From positions 64,325 through 128,324 of the forward strand of contig MHKF01000018.1 in assembly GCA_001818315.1 (NCBI GenBank): 64,000 bases of DNA. Reading direction: 5' to 3'. A program made the position numbers and the translations under genes. Positions 50,536-60,351 of this stretch are shown piece after piece. Position 1 is the stretch's first letter. Each line of letters starts with the position of its first letter. The stretch comes from Candidatus Kerfeldbacteria bacterium RIFCSPLOWO2_02_FULL_42_19. Its GTDB lineage: Bacteria > Patescibacteriota > Patescibacteriia > HO2-48-17. The notes under the pieces are model-generated. The model was not told where the DNA came from, made no database searches, and worked only from the letters and a program-made list of their open reading frames with translations.

Positions 50536-51888
50536 ATGAAATATGATACCCAAAAATATTTTCTCTGGGTTCTTGGTTGCCAAATGAATAAATCTGATGG
50601 CGAGCGCGTCGCTGCTGTCCTGGAGGAACTTGGTTTTGTTCCAACCACGAATGAATCGGAAGCAAATCTCATTTTTACGATGGCATGTTCTGTGCGTCAG
50701 ACAGCGATTGATCGCATTCATGGGCGTCTTCGAAATTGGGAACATATGAAGCGCACCCGTCCGATTCTCACTGTTCTTTCCGGTTGCGTGTTACCGGATG
50801 ATAAAGAATATTTTAGAAAAAAATTTGACATTTTGCTTGATACAAAAGATATCAATCAACTGCCGGCATTGCTTACCGATACGCAAAATATTCGTCGATC
50901 CATTATCCCAAGTCGTGGTACACAAGTCGTTCAATATCTTTCTCTTAAACCTAAATATTCTTCAACCTTTCAGGCGTTTGTACCTATTATGTCGGGCTGC
51001 GATAAATTTTGTACGTATTGCGCGGTACCTTTTACACGCGGTCGTGAAGTGAGTAGACCGTCGAAAGAAATTCTCGATGAGGTTCAAGCGCTGGTTGTGC
51101 GTGGATATAAACAAATTACATTGCTTGGACAAAATGTGAATTCCTATGGTTTAGACACGCAAGGGCGTGAACCGAATTTTGCAAAACTTTTACAATTAGT
51201 TGCCGCGATTGCTGGCGACTTTTGGATTCATTACACGAGTCCCCATCCGCGTGATATGACTGATGATGTTTTAGACGCGATGGCCGCTTCGCCAAAAATT
51301 GCGAAACAAATTCATTTACCTTTGCAAGCGGGCAGTACGGCTGTGTTGAAGCGCATGAATCGAACGTATACGCAAGGAGAATATCTGCGTTTGATGCATC
51401 GTATTCGTTCGCGTTTTCCATATCTTGCACTTTCGACCGATATTATTGTCGGCTTTCCGGGTGAAACTGCAGCGCAATTTGAGGAAACACGCAAAGTATT
51501 TCGTGAAGCGCGTTTCGATATGGCGTATATTGCGCAATATTCACCGCGTCCAAATACGCCAGCAGCAAAAGTTTTTTCCGATGATGTGCTGGAGAGCGAA
51601 AAAAAACGTCGCTTCGAGGTGCTTACTGCCGATCTTAGTGAATGTTCTTTCGCATATCATCAAAGTTTGCTCCACTCAACCATTCGTATTCTTATCGAAA
51701 AATATTCCACAGGTTTTTATTTTGGTAAAACTGAGGGGTTAAAAAATATTCGCGTGCCTGCTCACGATTTCGATCATGGAAAATTTGTCGGTACTTTTCA
51801 AGAGATTCGTGTACAGACAGTATCGCATTGGCATTTACAAGGTGCATTTGTTGAGTCGTTCATACCTGTAAAGTCTCTCACACAATAA
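50536..51888 (+). CDS. miaB: tRNA-i6A37 methylthiotransferase MiaB (radical SAM MTTase)
   Basis: N-terminal MTTase cysteines, CDKFCTYC radical-SAM CxxxCxxC, C-terminal TRAM; followed by miaA. Confidence 0.9.
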   Translation: MKYDTQKYFLWVLGCQMNKSDGERVAAVLEELGFVPTTNESEANLIFTMACSVRQTAIDRIHGRLRNWEHMKRTRPILTVLSGCVLPDDKEYFRKKFDILLDTKDINQLPALLTDTQNIRRSIIPSRGTQVVQYLSLKPKYSSTFQAFVPIMSGCDKFCTYCAVPFTRGREVSRPSKEILDEVQALVVRGYKQITLLGQNVNSYGLDTQGREPNFAKLLQLVAAIAGDFWIHYTSPHPRDMTDDVLDAMAASPKIAKQIHLPLQAGSTAVLKRMNRTYTQGEYLRLMHRIRSRFPYLALSTDIIVGFPGETAAQFEETRKVFREARFDMAYIAQYSPRPNTPAAKVFSDDVLESEKKRRFEVLTADLSECSFAYHQSLLHSTIRILIEKYSTGFYFGKTEGLKNIRVPAHDFDHGKFVGTFQEIRVQTVSHWHLQGAFVESFIPVKSLTQ

Positions 51889-51896
51889 TCGCGTCA

Positions 51897-52847
51897 ATGA
51901 TTATGAGGCCTCGTTCCGTGTATCCGAAGGTTGTAGCTCTTGTGGGTCCAACGGCGTCTGGTAAAACTGATCTTGCTCTTCTTCTTGCCAAGCGATTCCA
52001 TGGATTTGTTATTTCCGCAGATTCTCGCCAGCTGTATAAAGGCATGACCATCGGTACAGCGAAACCCGCGCTTTTTCGGCCTCGCATGTTGTGTCTTCAA
52101 CGTATTTTTCATATTGCGCGCATACGGCATTTTATGCTTGATTTACTTTCTCCTGCTGAAATGTATAGTGCTGCTCTCTATCAAAAAACTGTATATGAAA
52201 TTTTGGCTTGTATGTACCGTCGTTTTCCAAAACAACTTCCGTTGATAGTTGGTGGAACCGGTCTTTATATTGATGCAGTAACTGAAAATTGGGTTTTTCC
52301 TTCTGTTCCGCCGCACATAATTCTTAGGAAAAAAATGGAAAAACAATCCTCTGAGGTTTTATTGCAGCGCCTTCACAAGCTCGATCCAGATACCGCAGCG
52401 CACATCGATATACACAATCAACGTCGTCTGGTTCGTGCTTTAGAATATGTGCTTTCAGAGAAGCGTTCTTTTCTGCGGGCACAACGTAAGGAGCAGGCTT
52501 CATTTCAAACTTTGCTTTTGGGTATCACGGTTCCACGAAAGATTCTCTATGAGCGTATTGACAAGCGCGTTGATACGCAAATACAACAAGGTTTATTGCA
52601 AGAAGTTCGTGAGCTTGTTGATCGCTACGGTTGGACGTTGCCTCTGCTCAATACGATCGGATATCGTGAATTTCGTACTTTTTTTGAAGGCGAAGCTTCA
52701 CTTGAGTCTACGATTACGCTTATCAAGCGCAACGTTCGACGCTACGCGAAGCGACAACTTACGTGGTGGCGTAAAAAACCCGTGCATTGGATCACAAAAC
52801 CTGTGGAAGCTATCAATCGCGTAGAAAAGTTTCTTAAGGAGAAATGA
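51897..52847 (+). CDS. miaA: tRNA dimethylallyltransferase
   Basis: P-loop GPTASGKT, DSRQLYKGMTIGTAKP. Confidence 0.9.
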   Translation: MIMRPRSVYPKVVALVGPTASGKTDLALLLAKRFHGFVISADSRQLYKGMTIGTAKPALFRPRMLCLQRIFHIARIRHFMLDLLSPAEMYSAALYQKTVYEILACMYRRFPKQLPLIVGGTGLYIDAVTENWVFPSVPPHIILRKKMEKQSSEVLLQRLHKLDPDTAAHIDIHNQRRLVRALEYVLSEKRSFLRAQRKEQASFQTLLLGITVPRKILYERIDKRVDTQIQQGLLQEVRELVDRYGWTLPLLNTIGYREFRTFFEGEASLESTITLIKRNVRRYAKRQLTWWRKKPVHWITKPVEAINRVEKFLKEK

Positions 52848-52910
52848 GACGTTTGACGCATTTCGGAGTACGAACACTTCATTATTCGGCGTTAGTCCAA
52901 GGTTGGACTC

Positions 52911-54404
52911 TTAGGCAAGTTTTTTGCGTAAAATATCCGTTACTGTTTGTGGATTTGCTTTCCCTTTTGTCTTTTTCATGACTTTCCCTACAAGAAACAT
53001 CAGCGCTTGTTTTTTCCCTCGCTGATAATCCTGTACAACTTGCGTTTCCTCTTGTAGGACTTCTTGTACCGATTGTTCGAGTACGAGTGTATCACTGACT
53101 TGCTCTAAGTTTTTTTCCGCCATGCACTGCGATGGATCAATGCCGGTTCGAAACATTTCTGCGAGAATGACTTGTCCTGCACTGGAATTTAATTTTCGTT
53201 CATAGAGGAGCGTAATAAATTCAGCAAAATTTTCTGGTGTCATTTTACTTTGTCCAATGCCGATATGCGCAGCGTTCGTAAGCCTGAGAATTTCCGAAAG
53301 CAACCAGCCGAGAACAAGTTTTGTTATTTTTTTCCGATTCGCATTCCAAATTTCGGTATCGCTTCCTTCCGTCGTATCCAGTGAGTCAAGCCAAGATCGT
53401 AATTCGCTTATTGTTTTTTCAAAAAATTCACTTAATTCAGGAGTTTCGATCAATACCTGAACATCTCGTTCCGAAATATCATATTCTTCCATCAAGCGTT
53501 TGCGCCGTTCTTGTGGCATTTCCGGAATTTCAAGTTGCACACGTTCGATCACTTCGTTGGTTATAAGGAGCGGCGGAATATCGGGTTCCGGAAAATAACG
53601 ATAATCCTGCACCGCTTCTTTATTGCGCAGACTGTACGTTTCTCCAATCTCATCATTCCATCCTCGCGTTTCGCGCAAGATAGTTTCACCTTGTTCAAGT
53701 ATTTTTTTCTGTCTTTGGATTTCAAACTTTATTGCTTGCTCCAATGAACGAAATGAATTCAAATTTTTTATTTCAACTCGCGTGCCCAAAGGTTTGCCTT
53801 TTGTATGCACTGAAACGTTTGTATCAAAACGAAGTTGACCCTTCTTCATATTTCCATCAGTCACTTCCGCATAAATCAGTCGTAAACGTAATTCTTGCAC
53901 AAAGAGTTTTGCCTCGTGTGCAGAATGTATTTCTGGTTTGCTGACGATTTCAATAAGTGGCGTTCCAGCGCGGTTTAAATCCATGAGCGTACCTGTTTTG
54001 GCGTGGATAAGCTGCGCTGTATCTTCTTCCATGTGAACGCGTTCCAGATGAATCACTTTTTCTTTACTTTCGTTGCTGATCCTTATGCTGCCACCAAGCG
54101 CAAGCGGCTCATCGTACTGTGAAATTTGATAACCTTTTGGAAGATCGGGGTAAAAATAATGCTTGCGATCAAATTTACACGTTGGCTGTATATGAGCATT
54201 GAGCGCACACGCCGCTCGCATCGCTTTTTGAAGGGCCTCTTGATTAAGCACCGGCAAAGTCCCGGGATGCCCAAGACAAATAGGACATACGTGTGTATTC
54301 GGTACATCTTCATCTGCGTTTTTGGAACCGCAGAACATTTTGGATTGTGTTTTGAGTTGTACGTGAATTTCGATGCCGATGACAGGCTCAAAATTTTTTT
54401 TCAT
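52911..54404 (-). CDS. gatB: Asp-tRNA(Asn)/Glu-tRNA(Gln) amidotransferase subunit B
   Basis: VIGIEIHVQL...CPICLGHPGTLPVLN N-terminus diagnostic of GatB. Confidence 0.9.
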   Translation of the reverse strand: MKKNFEPVIGIEIHVQLKTQSKMFCGSKNADEDVPNTHVCPICLGHPGTLPVLNQEALQKAMRAACALNAHIQPTCKFDRKHYFYPDLPKGYQISQYDEPLALGGSIRISNESKEKVIHLERVHMEEDTAQLIHAKTGTLMDLNRAGTPLIEIVSKPEIHSAHEAKLFVQELRLRLIYAEVTDGNMKKGQLRFDTNVSVHTKGKPLGTRVEIKNLNSFRSLEQAIKFEIQRQKKILEQGETILRETRGWNDEIGETYSLRNKEAVQDYRYFPEPDIPPLLITNEVIERVQLEIPEMPQERRKRLMEEYDISERDVQVLIETPELSEFFEKTISELRSWLDSLDTTEGSDTEIWNANRKKITKLVLGWLLSEILRLTNAAHIGIGQSKMTPENFAEFITLLYERKLNSSAGQVILAEMFRTGIDPSQCMAEKNLEQVSDTLVLEQSVQEVLQEETQVVQDYQRGKKQALMFLVGKVMKKTKGKANPQTVTDILRKKLA

Positions 54405-54493
54405 GTGAGATAGTTACCTTGCTTATTTCCTGCGATTTGCATCGCACGGTTTTTTCACACAATTCGGAAAACTTTTTACGCCTTCACAGTGCT

Positions 54494-54922
54494 TTATTGT
54501 AACCCGCTACTTCCGAAACCTTTTTCGGCACGCTTACTTGTTGCTGCTACATGCTCAACCTCCACTAATTCTATTGCAGCAATCGCGAGTATCAATACTT
54601 GCGCAATCCGCATATGCTTTGCTATCACTTGTTCTTCGTCGCTTGTATTCAAGATAACGATCATCCATTCGCCAGTATATCCACTATCTATGACTCCAGC
54701 GAGCACCGTAAGCCCCTGTTTCCATGCAATTCCACTTCGGTCGCTTATGAGTCCAACATGTCCTTGTGGGATACCCATCCGTATGCCGGTGCATATCCTC
54801 GCGCGTTCTCCTGGTTCCAAGTGAACCTCTTCAGCTGAAAACAAATCAAACGCCGCGTCATGTTCGTGTTGTTTGTATGGCAGCGGCACTTCTTTACGAA
54901 TACGCTCAACATGCATTTTCAT
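54494..54922 (-). CDS. dut: dUTP diphosphatase
   Basis: AAFDLFS, GLISDRSG, VIDSGYTGE dUTPase motifs. Confidence 0.9.
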   Translation of the reverse strand: MKMHVERIRKEVPLPYKQHEHDAAFDLFSAEEVHLEPGERARICTGIRMGIPQGHVGLISDRSGIAWKQGLTVLAGVIDSGYTGEWMIVILNTSDEEQVIAKHMRIAQVLILAIAAIELVEVEHVAATSKRAEKGFGSSGLQ

Positions 54923-54974
54923 ACTCCTTTGGAATTACGTGTCCGAACTGGATCAAATACGTCTTTTTTACTTC

Positions 54975-55655
54975 TTATACAATTCTTTGAACATGCTTCC
55001 AAACTTCTTTTGCAATTTCTCTTCTTGTTTTGAGTCTCTCCCCTTCAGTACATTGAATTGTCACCCACGTATCGTATTGTTGTGCGAGTTCCAGATACAC
55101 TCGCGCAGTTTTTCCGAGATGTACAAGATCTTCTTCATGGATATCTTTTGTTTTCCCTCTCAGATAGCTTCGATTTTCTTTTTTTTGTTCTACCAGTTTT
55201 TGGCCCAACTGCGGAGGAACATACAGAATGATTGTTAAATCCGGTTTTGGAATATTCAGAATGCCATACTCGAGTTCATTGAGCCAAGCAAGGAATTTTT
55301 CACGTTCATCCGCATCACTGATTTTACTTCCTTGATGTGCTTGATTTGCCGATACATAACGATTTGAAACAATATGCTTACCGGCAGCGAGCGTTCGATG
55401 CATTTCGAAACTTTTTTCATATCGATCGAGCGCATAAAAGAGTGATGCTCGGTATGGCCCAACTTCTTCAACACTTCCGTACATGCCGTTGAGGTATTGC
55501 TCAACGAAATAACATGAAGGCTTTCCGTATTGTGGAAAATCGCACGTTTCCGTTGCTATTCCAGCATCTCGGAGATTTTCGATGAGTAATTTCGTTTGTG
55601 TGGCCTTTCCTGCTCCATCAGTGCCACAGAGAACAATAAGTTTACCTCGCGACAT
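54975..55655 (-). CDS. tmk: Thymidylate kinase
   Basis: P-loop LCGTDGAGKAT, DRY motif, LID region. Confidence 0.9.
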   Translation of the reverse strand: MSRGKLIVLCGTDGAGKATQTKLLIENLRDAGIATETCDFPQYGKPSCYFVEQYLNGMYGSVEEVGPYRASLFYALDRYEKSFEMHRTLAAGKHIVSNRYVSANQAHQGSKISDADEREKFLAWLNELEYGILNIPKPDLTIILYVPPQLGQKLVEQKKENRSYLRGKTKDIHEEDLVHLGKTARVYLELAQQYDTWVTIQCTEGERLKTRREIAKEVWKHVQRIV

Positions 55656-55729
55656 ATTTTTATTAGGACTTACGGTTTTTCCGATTTTCTACGTCAGTCG
55701 ATTCAATAGACTTGTTGCGTCACAATCAT

Positions 55730-56416
55730 TTACATTGTGAATCGAATCGCTGGTCCCATAGTCGTGCACAGTGACGCGGATTGGATATAGGTACCTTTCA
55801 TACCTTCTGGTTTGAGTTTTTTGACGACTTCCAAAAAAGTTTCAAGATTTTCTTGAAGCTGCGGTTCGGAAAAAGAAATCCGTCCGATCAGTTGATGAAT
55901 ATTTCCGGTTGTATCTGTTTTAAATGCTATTTTTTTTCCTGCTTTGATTTCTTTAATTGTTTCGCCGATATTCATGCTCACCGTTTCGGTTCGTGGGTTT
56001 GGCATCATCCCCTTTTGACCTAAAATTTTTGCTACAGGTGCAAGTTTTTTCATCATATCCGGTGTCGCTACAGCAAGGTCCGCCGCTATTTTTTTGGTAG
56101 TCTTAATACTTTGAATTGTTTCCTCGTCACCTATAATATCTGCACCCGCGTCCTTGGCCTCTTGTTCTTTTTGTGGACCGACGAAAGCGATGATGCGTTT
56201 CTTTTTTCCGGTGCCGTGCGGCAAAATTGTTGTACCTCGCACCATTTGATCAGATTTTTTTGGATCAATTCCAAGATGAAGATGCACTTCTACACCGGCA
56301 TCGAATTTTATTTGCGCAAGTTTTTTTACCAATTGGATCGCTTCTGCTGGCGCATAACGTTTTTGTACATCGTATTCTTGCTTTGCTTGTTTCAAACGTT
56401 TTGATATTTTTGGCAT
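55730..56416 (-). CDS. rplA: 50S ribosomal protein L1
   Basis: Full-length match to L1 family; synteny with rplK. Confidence 0.95.
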   Translation of the reverse strand: MPKISKRLKQAKQEYDVQKRYAPAEAIQLVKKLAQIKFDAGVEVHLHLGIDPKKSDQMVRGTTILPHGTGKKKRIIAFVGPQKEQEAKDAGADIIGDEETIQSIKTTKKIAADLAVATPDMMKKLAPVAKILGQKGMMPNPRTETVSMNIGETIKEIKAGKKIAFKTDTTGNIHQLIGRISFSEPQLQENLETFLEVVKKLKPEGMKGTYIQSASLCTTMGPAIRFTM

Positions 56417-56417
56417 A

Positions 56418-56855
56418 TTATTTTTCTACAACAGTAAGTCCCATCTGTCTTGCCGTACCTTCGATCATTCGCGCGGCTGCGTTTATATCGTTTGTGTTCA
56501 AATCAGGGAGTTTTATGGCTGCTATTTCTCGTAGTTGTGTTTTCGTGATTGTTCCAACTTTCTGTGTTAGTGGATTTCCAGCACCTTTTTCAATCCCAGC
56601 TGCTTTCTTTAAAAGGTCTGAAGCTGGAGGTGTTTTGAGAATAAAATCATACGTGCGATCTTCATAAACCGTCATTTCTACTGGAATGATGTTTCCTTGT
56701 TTGTCCCGTGTTTTTTCATTGAATTTTTGGCAAAATTCCTGAATGTTCAATCCGTGTTGGCCAATCGCTGGCCCAATCGGCGGCGCTGGTGTTGCTTTGC
56801 CGGCAGGAATTTGTAACTTTACTACTGTTTTAATTTTCTTCGTCTTTTTTGCCAT
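56418..56855 (-). CDS. rplK: 50S ribosomal protein L11
   Basis: [27 protein letters not shown]. Confidence 0.95.
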   Translation of the reverse strand: MAKKTKKIKTVVKLQIPAGKATPAPPIGPAIGQHGLNIQEFCQKFNEKTRDKQGNIIPVEMTVYEDRTYDFILKTPPASDLLKKAAGIEKGAGNPLTQKVGTITKTQLREIAAIKLPDLNTNDINAAARMIEGTARQMGLTVVEK

Positions 56856-56858
56856 ACA

Positions 56859-57404
56859 TTAAATTTTACGAATTTGCAATGAATCAAGTTCCACAGGGGT
56901 TTCGCGACCGAAAATAGATATGAGTACTTTCACTTTCCCGCGCCCTTCATCAACTTCGGCAATTTTTCCTTCCATAGTTTTGAAGGGGCCATCTGTAATT
57001 CTCACAGAATCACCGACACCGACTTCGATTTTATACTTCGGTTCTTCAATGCCCATTCGGCGTTGTAATTCCTTTACTTCATCGATTGAAATTGGCGTTG
57101 GAGTTGTGCCAGAACCTACAAAGCCAGTAACATTTGGCGTGTTCCGAACAACGTACCAAGAATTATCATCCACGATCATTTCGACCAGGACATATCCCGG
57201 AAAAAGTTTTTCCGTCACGACCTTTCTCTTTCCGTTTTTAATCTTAATGCGTTTTTCGGTCGGAATAAGAATATTAAAAATTTTATCTTCCATATCCATG
57301 GATTCGGTGCGTTGACGAAGGTTGTGCGCGACATTTTCTTCATACCCGGAATAGGTATGGAGCACATACCATCGTTTTCCTTGTTTTGATAATTGTTTTG
57401 GCAT
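56859..57404 (-). CDS. nusG: Transcription termination/antitermination factor NusG
   Basis: NGN domain (WYVLHTYSGYE), KOW (GD.V.I.DGPFK...G). Confidence 0.9.
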   Translation of the reverse strand: MPKQLSKQGKRWYVLHTYSGYEENVAHNLRQRTESMDMEDKIFNILIPTEKRIKIKNGKRKVVTEKLFPGYVLVEMIVDDNSWYVVRNTPNVTGFVGSGTTPTPISIDEVKELQRRMGIEEPKYKIEVGVGDSVRITDGPFKTMEGKIAEVDEGRGKVKVLISIFGRETPVELDSLQIRKI

Positions 57405-57413
57405 AGAACCGAT

Positions 57414-57611
57414 TTAGAGTATTTTTTTGAGAAGTGTTGCAAAGATATAATCCATTGTACCGAGGAAGACCGCAACGATTGCACTGGCTCCAATCACAAT
57501 AAGTGATTGTCGAATTGTCTCCTGACGCGAGGGCCAATCGACTTTGCGTAATTCACTGTAGGAATCTTTAAGGTATTGGATAAGATGGAGTGTCCTTTTG
57601 TCGCTTTCCAT
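57414..57611 (-). CDS. secE: Preprotein translocase subunit SecE
   Basis: Single C-terminal TM (LIVIGASAIVAVFLGTMDYIF) preceded by ELRKVDWPSRQE; likely start at internal ATG 57611. Confidence 0.8.
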   Translation of the reverse strand: MESDKRTLHLIQYLKDSYSELRKVDWPSRQETIRQSLIVIGASAIVAVFLGTMDYIFATLLKKIL

Positions 57612-58059
57612 TATTTCTATCTTAAAAAGACCCTTGTTTCGGGTCAAATCAATCATTATTTATACTCTATCGTATTTTACTCATCCGCGCAAGTGCAAAA
57701 ATTTTTCTTCACACAGTCTAGACTTCATGCGTTGTATGAAGGGACTGTTGCCGAATACACTTTTGCCTGCAAAAATTACAGTGGACTTTTTACATGTTTC
57801 AATGCCGGATTGCTCACATGCGTATAGCGTTGCGTTGTCTTGATGTTGTTGTGTCCGAGCAACTCCTGGATATAACGAATATCTACCCCGTTTTCGAGGA
57901 GATGAGTCGCAAAGCTGTGCCGGAGTGAATGGAACGATGCTTGTTTTCGAATACCCGCACGCTTCAGCGCCTGATAAAATACTGCCTGAGCCGTACGAGA
58001 CGAAAGAGATCCACCGCGTTGACTTCTAAAGAGAAGATCGCGTGAGGTTGCAAAAGATT

Positions 58060-59080
58060 AGACCTGTTGCGTATTAAATATGGTATCATAAAGACAGAGT
58101 AGAAATTAAAACAACATAAAATATGAATCTTTCTAGAATTTTTCAGAATCCTCGGCAGTTAAAAGCATTAACCGGAGCATCGAAAGAAGAGTTCGATGAT
58201 CTGCTTCCAGTATTTGAGTCTTGCCTCAAGAGATTAAAGAAAGATCACAGTACTGCACAGAAAAGAAGGTTTGGTGGCGGTCCCAAAGGCAAACTTCCTA
58301 CGGTTGAACTCAAATTATTTTTCATCCTTATGTATGTCAAAGTATATCCCACCTTTGATGTTTTAGGTTTCCTCGTAGATTTTGATCGCTCAAGAGCCTG
58401 CAGGAACACTCATTTCCTCTTCACGGCACTGGAAAAATCCTTAGGGAGAAAGATTGTCTTACCCGAACGAAAAATTCGCTCAGTAGAGGCACTCTTTCAA
58501 AAGTTTCCTGATCTTAAGGATGTATTCGTTGATGGGCTGGAACGACCAGTCCAGCGACCAAAAAAGCAAAAACAACAACGAAAACTCTATTCGGGTAAAA
58601 AGAAAACCCACACCAAGAAGAGTGTGGTGGTGGTCGATGAAAAGAGACGCATCTTGTTGCTCACAAAAACCAAGTCAGGCAGGAGGCATGACAAGCGTTT
58701 GGCTGACAAACAAGCCTTGTTTGAATGGATTCCGGAATCGATTACCGTCTGGGTGGATACGGGTTTTCAAGGGATACGCAAACAACATACCAATACGATG
58801 ATCCCCAAGAAAGCAACCAAGGGACACCCCTTAACCTACCAAGAAAAACAAGAGAACAAAACAATTTCTGGTTTACGTGTGGTGGTAGAGCATGCTATTG
58901 GAGGTATAAGACGGTTCAGAAGCATTGCTGATATCTATCGGAATAGAAAAGCTTTTATGGAAGACAGATTTCTCAGAGTCGCCGCTGGACTCTGGAACTT
59001 ACATCTGAATCATACAACATAATCTCACAGGGAATGTGGAAATATATTGTTTGATTCTGATATTAATACGCAACAGGTCT
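58060..59080 (+). mobile_element. IS element (IS4/IS5-superfamily-like, single DDE transposase), ~1.02 kb, 18-bp perfect terminal inverted repeats, 3-bp ATT target duplication
   Basis: IRL AGACCTGTTGCGTATTAA (58060-58077) and IRR TTAATACGCAACAGGTCT (59063-59080) are exact reverse complements; flanked by ATT on both sides. Confidence 0.85.
58123..59022 (+). CDS. DDE transposase of the IS element
   Basis: YSGKKKTHTKKSVVVVDE...VDTGFQG...VEHAIGGIRRFRSIADIYRN pattern typical of IS5-family/Harbinger-like DDE transposases. Confidence 0.75.
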   Translation: MNLSRIFQNPRQLKALTGASKEEFDDLLPVFESCLKRLKKDHSTAQKRRFGGGPKGKLPTVELKLFFILMYVKVYPTFDVLGFLVDFDRSRACRNTHFLFTALEKSLGRKIVLPERKIRSVEALFQKFPDLKDVFVDGLERPVQRPKKQKQQRKLYSGKKKTHTKKSVVVVDEKRRILLLTKTKSGRRHDKRLADKQALFEWIPESITVWVDTGFQGIRKQHTNTMIPKKATKGHPLTYQEKQENKTISGLRVVVEHAIGGIRRFRSIADIYRNRKAFMEDRFLRVAAGLWNLHLNHTT

Positions 59081-59642
59081 ATTGAGAAGTGATGAGAGTA
59101 CGAAGATCTTGTATAAAATTTTTAGAGATGACTGTGAGTCGATCTTTGTTTCCTTTTCCATTACGAATGAATAGGAGAAGATTGTTCAGATCAATATCGC
59201 TCATACGAAGGCGGACTACCTCGCTTACGCGCAAACCCGAACCATATGTGAGCGCCAGTAATACTCGGTGTTTCAGATTGGCAGTACAAGCAATCATACG
59301 TCGAATTTCATCGCGTGTGAGAATAACGGGTAGTTTCCATGCACGTTTAGGATAATGAATATGAGTAAGCGGCGGGAGGTGATACAAATTGATTCGCGCG
59401 AAATTGATGGCGTGAATGTAAAGAGCGATGGTTTGACTCGAACGTCCTTTCTGGAGTTGATCTTGGATAAAGAATTTCATTTCATCCTCACCGATTTTGT
59501 TTATGCGCATTCGAAAGAATGTGTAGAGATTCCACAATGCACGGCTATAAGCGCTATAGGTTCGATAACTGTAATTTCGAACTTGTATTTCGCGTTTGAG
59601 TATTTCTAATAAACTTGGCATAATAAAAATGGGTGAATCCAC

Positions 59643-59736
59643 AAAGGTAGCAATCGAGAGGATTACCCATCAATACAGATATCATACCCCTTTCGCCCAC
59701 ATTCCGCAATTTTATGCGTATAAGCACTAGTTAGGC
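59643..59736 (+). other. Putative attI region with GTTAGGC core site (59730-59736)
   Basis: Canonical integron core 7-mer GTTAGGC lies 31 nt upstream of the first cassette ORF and ~90 nt from the divergent recombinase start. Its reverse complement GCCTAAC is the first 7-mer of the attC-like site after cassette 1. Confidence 0.6.
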
Positions 59737-59767
59737 GAAATGCGACTTAACAATTAAGCGTTTAAGT

Positions 59768-60196
59768 ATGAAAAATTTTTCATTTTCCGTAGACAAAGAT
59801 GTGGTGTCTGCCAAAGAAGCTATTAAGCTCTATCTCGCGCTGAAATGGGGCAATGAATCAAAGTACGATGAAAACAAAATGAAACAAGCTTTAGAAAGTA
59901 CAACGATGGTAATATCAGCTCGAGATAGAGCTGGAAAACTCGTCGGTTTGACGAGAGTATTGAGCGATGGCGTGATTCATACATCAGTGGCAGATATTGC
60001 CGTTCATCCTGAATATCAAGGTCAAGGTATTGGTACGCAGATGATGGAGTTAGTGAAAAAACAGTATGGCCACACCGGCATATTTGTCGATGCCTTTAAG
60101 GAAAATGAAAAATTTTTCATGGAGTGTGGATACAAAAAGAGAGATATGATAGTGCTTTCGAAGCTTTTTGTTAAAGAACCGTCGCACATCGCCTAA
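59768..60196 (+). CDS. Cassette 1: GNAT family N-acetyltransferase
   Basis: Acetyl-CoA binding motif QGQGIGTQMM; stop codon TAA lies inside the GCCTAAC inverse core. Confidence 0.8.
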   Translation: MKNFSFSVDKDVVSAKEAIKLYLALKWGNESKYDENKMKQALESTTMVISARDRAGKLVGLTRVLSDGVIHTSVADIAVHPEYQGQGIGTQMMELVKKQYGHTGIFVDAFKENEKFFMECGYKKRDMIVLSKLFVKEPSHIA

Positions 60197-60322
60197 CACG
60201 CAGTATGCGGCTACAGTTTGCTCCGTTTCACTCCGAAAACTTCCGCCCATATTCACTGGTTGTACCGTACTTCGTGCGATATTATACAGCCAGTGAACAT
60301 CGCATACTGCGGAACGTTGTGC
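60191..60322 (+). other. attC-like site 1 (132 bp imperfect palindrome, GCCTAAC ... GTTGTGC)
   Basis: Outer IR cgcagtatgcg/cgcatactgcg, inner IR tattcactggttgta/tacagccagtgaaca; ~85% identical to site 5. Confidence 0.7.
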
Positions 60323-60351
60323 GAAATAATTCGCCTTAGTATACTGCCAAC

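Larger units (their letters stand above)
57776..59642 (-). pseudogene. Xer-length tyrosine recombinase gene at the integrase position of the cassette array, interrupted by an IS element
   Basis: N-terminal fragment 59079-59642 (core-binding domain, catalytic Arg in GLRVSE) ends at a TAG created at the IS junction. C-terminal fragment 57776-58058 encodes ..[35 protein letters not shown] (HxxR, His, Tyr). Removing the IS plus one copy of ATT restores one continuous ~280-aa frame. Confidence 0.8.

Noticed and set aside
52894-52925. Bidirectional terminator between miaA and gatB (hairpin agtccaaggttggact)
   Set aside because: The hairpin and the following T-tract overlap the gatB 3' coding end, and the T-run is 10 nt from the stem; too weak to call.
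57657-57775. Expected tRNA-Trp (often upstream of secE-nusG) and other tRNA/rRNA genes
   Set aside because: No T-loop/acceptor-stem pattern (GGTTCGAATCC-like) found here or in the other intergenic regions inspected. None reported.
59643-59736. Pc/Pint promoters and integrase-binding direct repeats in the attI region
   Set aside because: Could not identify convincing -35/-10 hexamers or direct repeats by eye; left unannotated.
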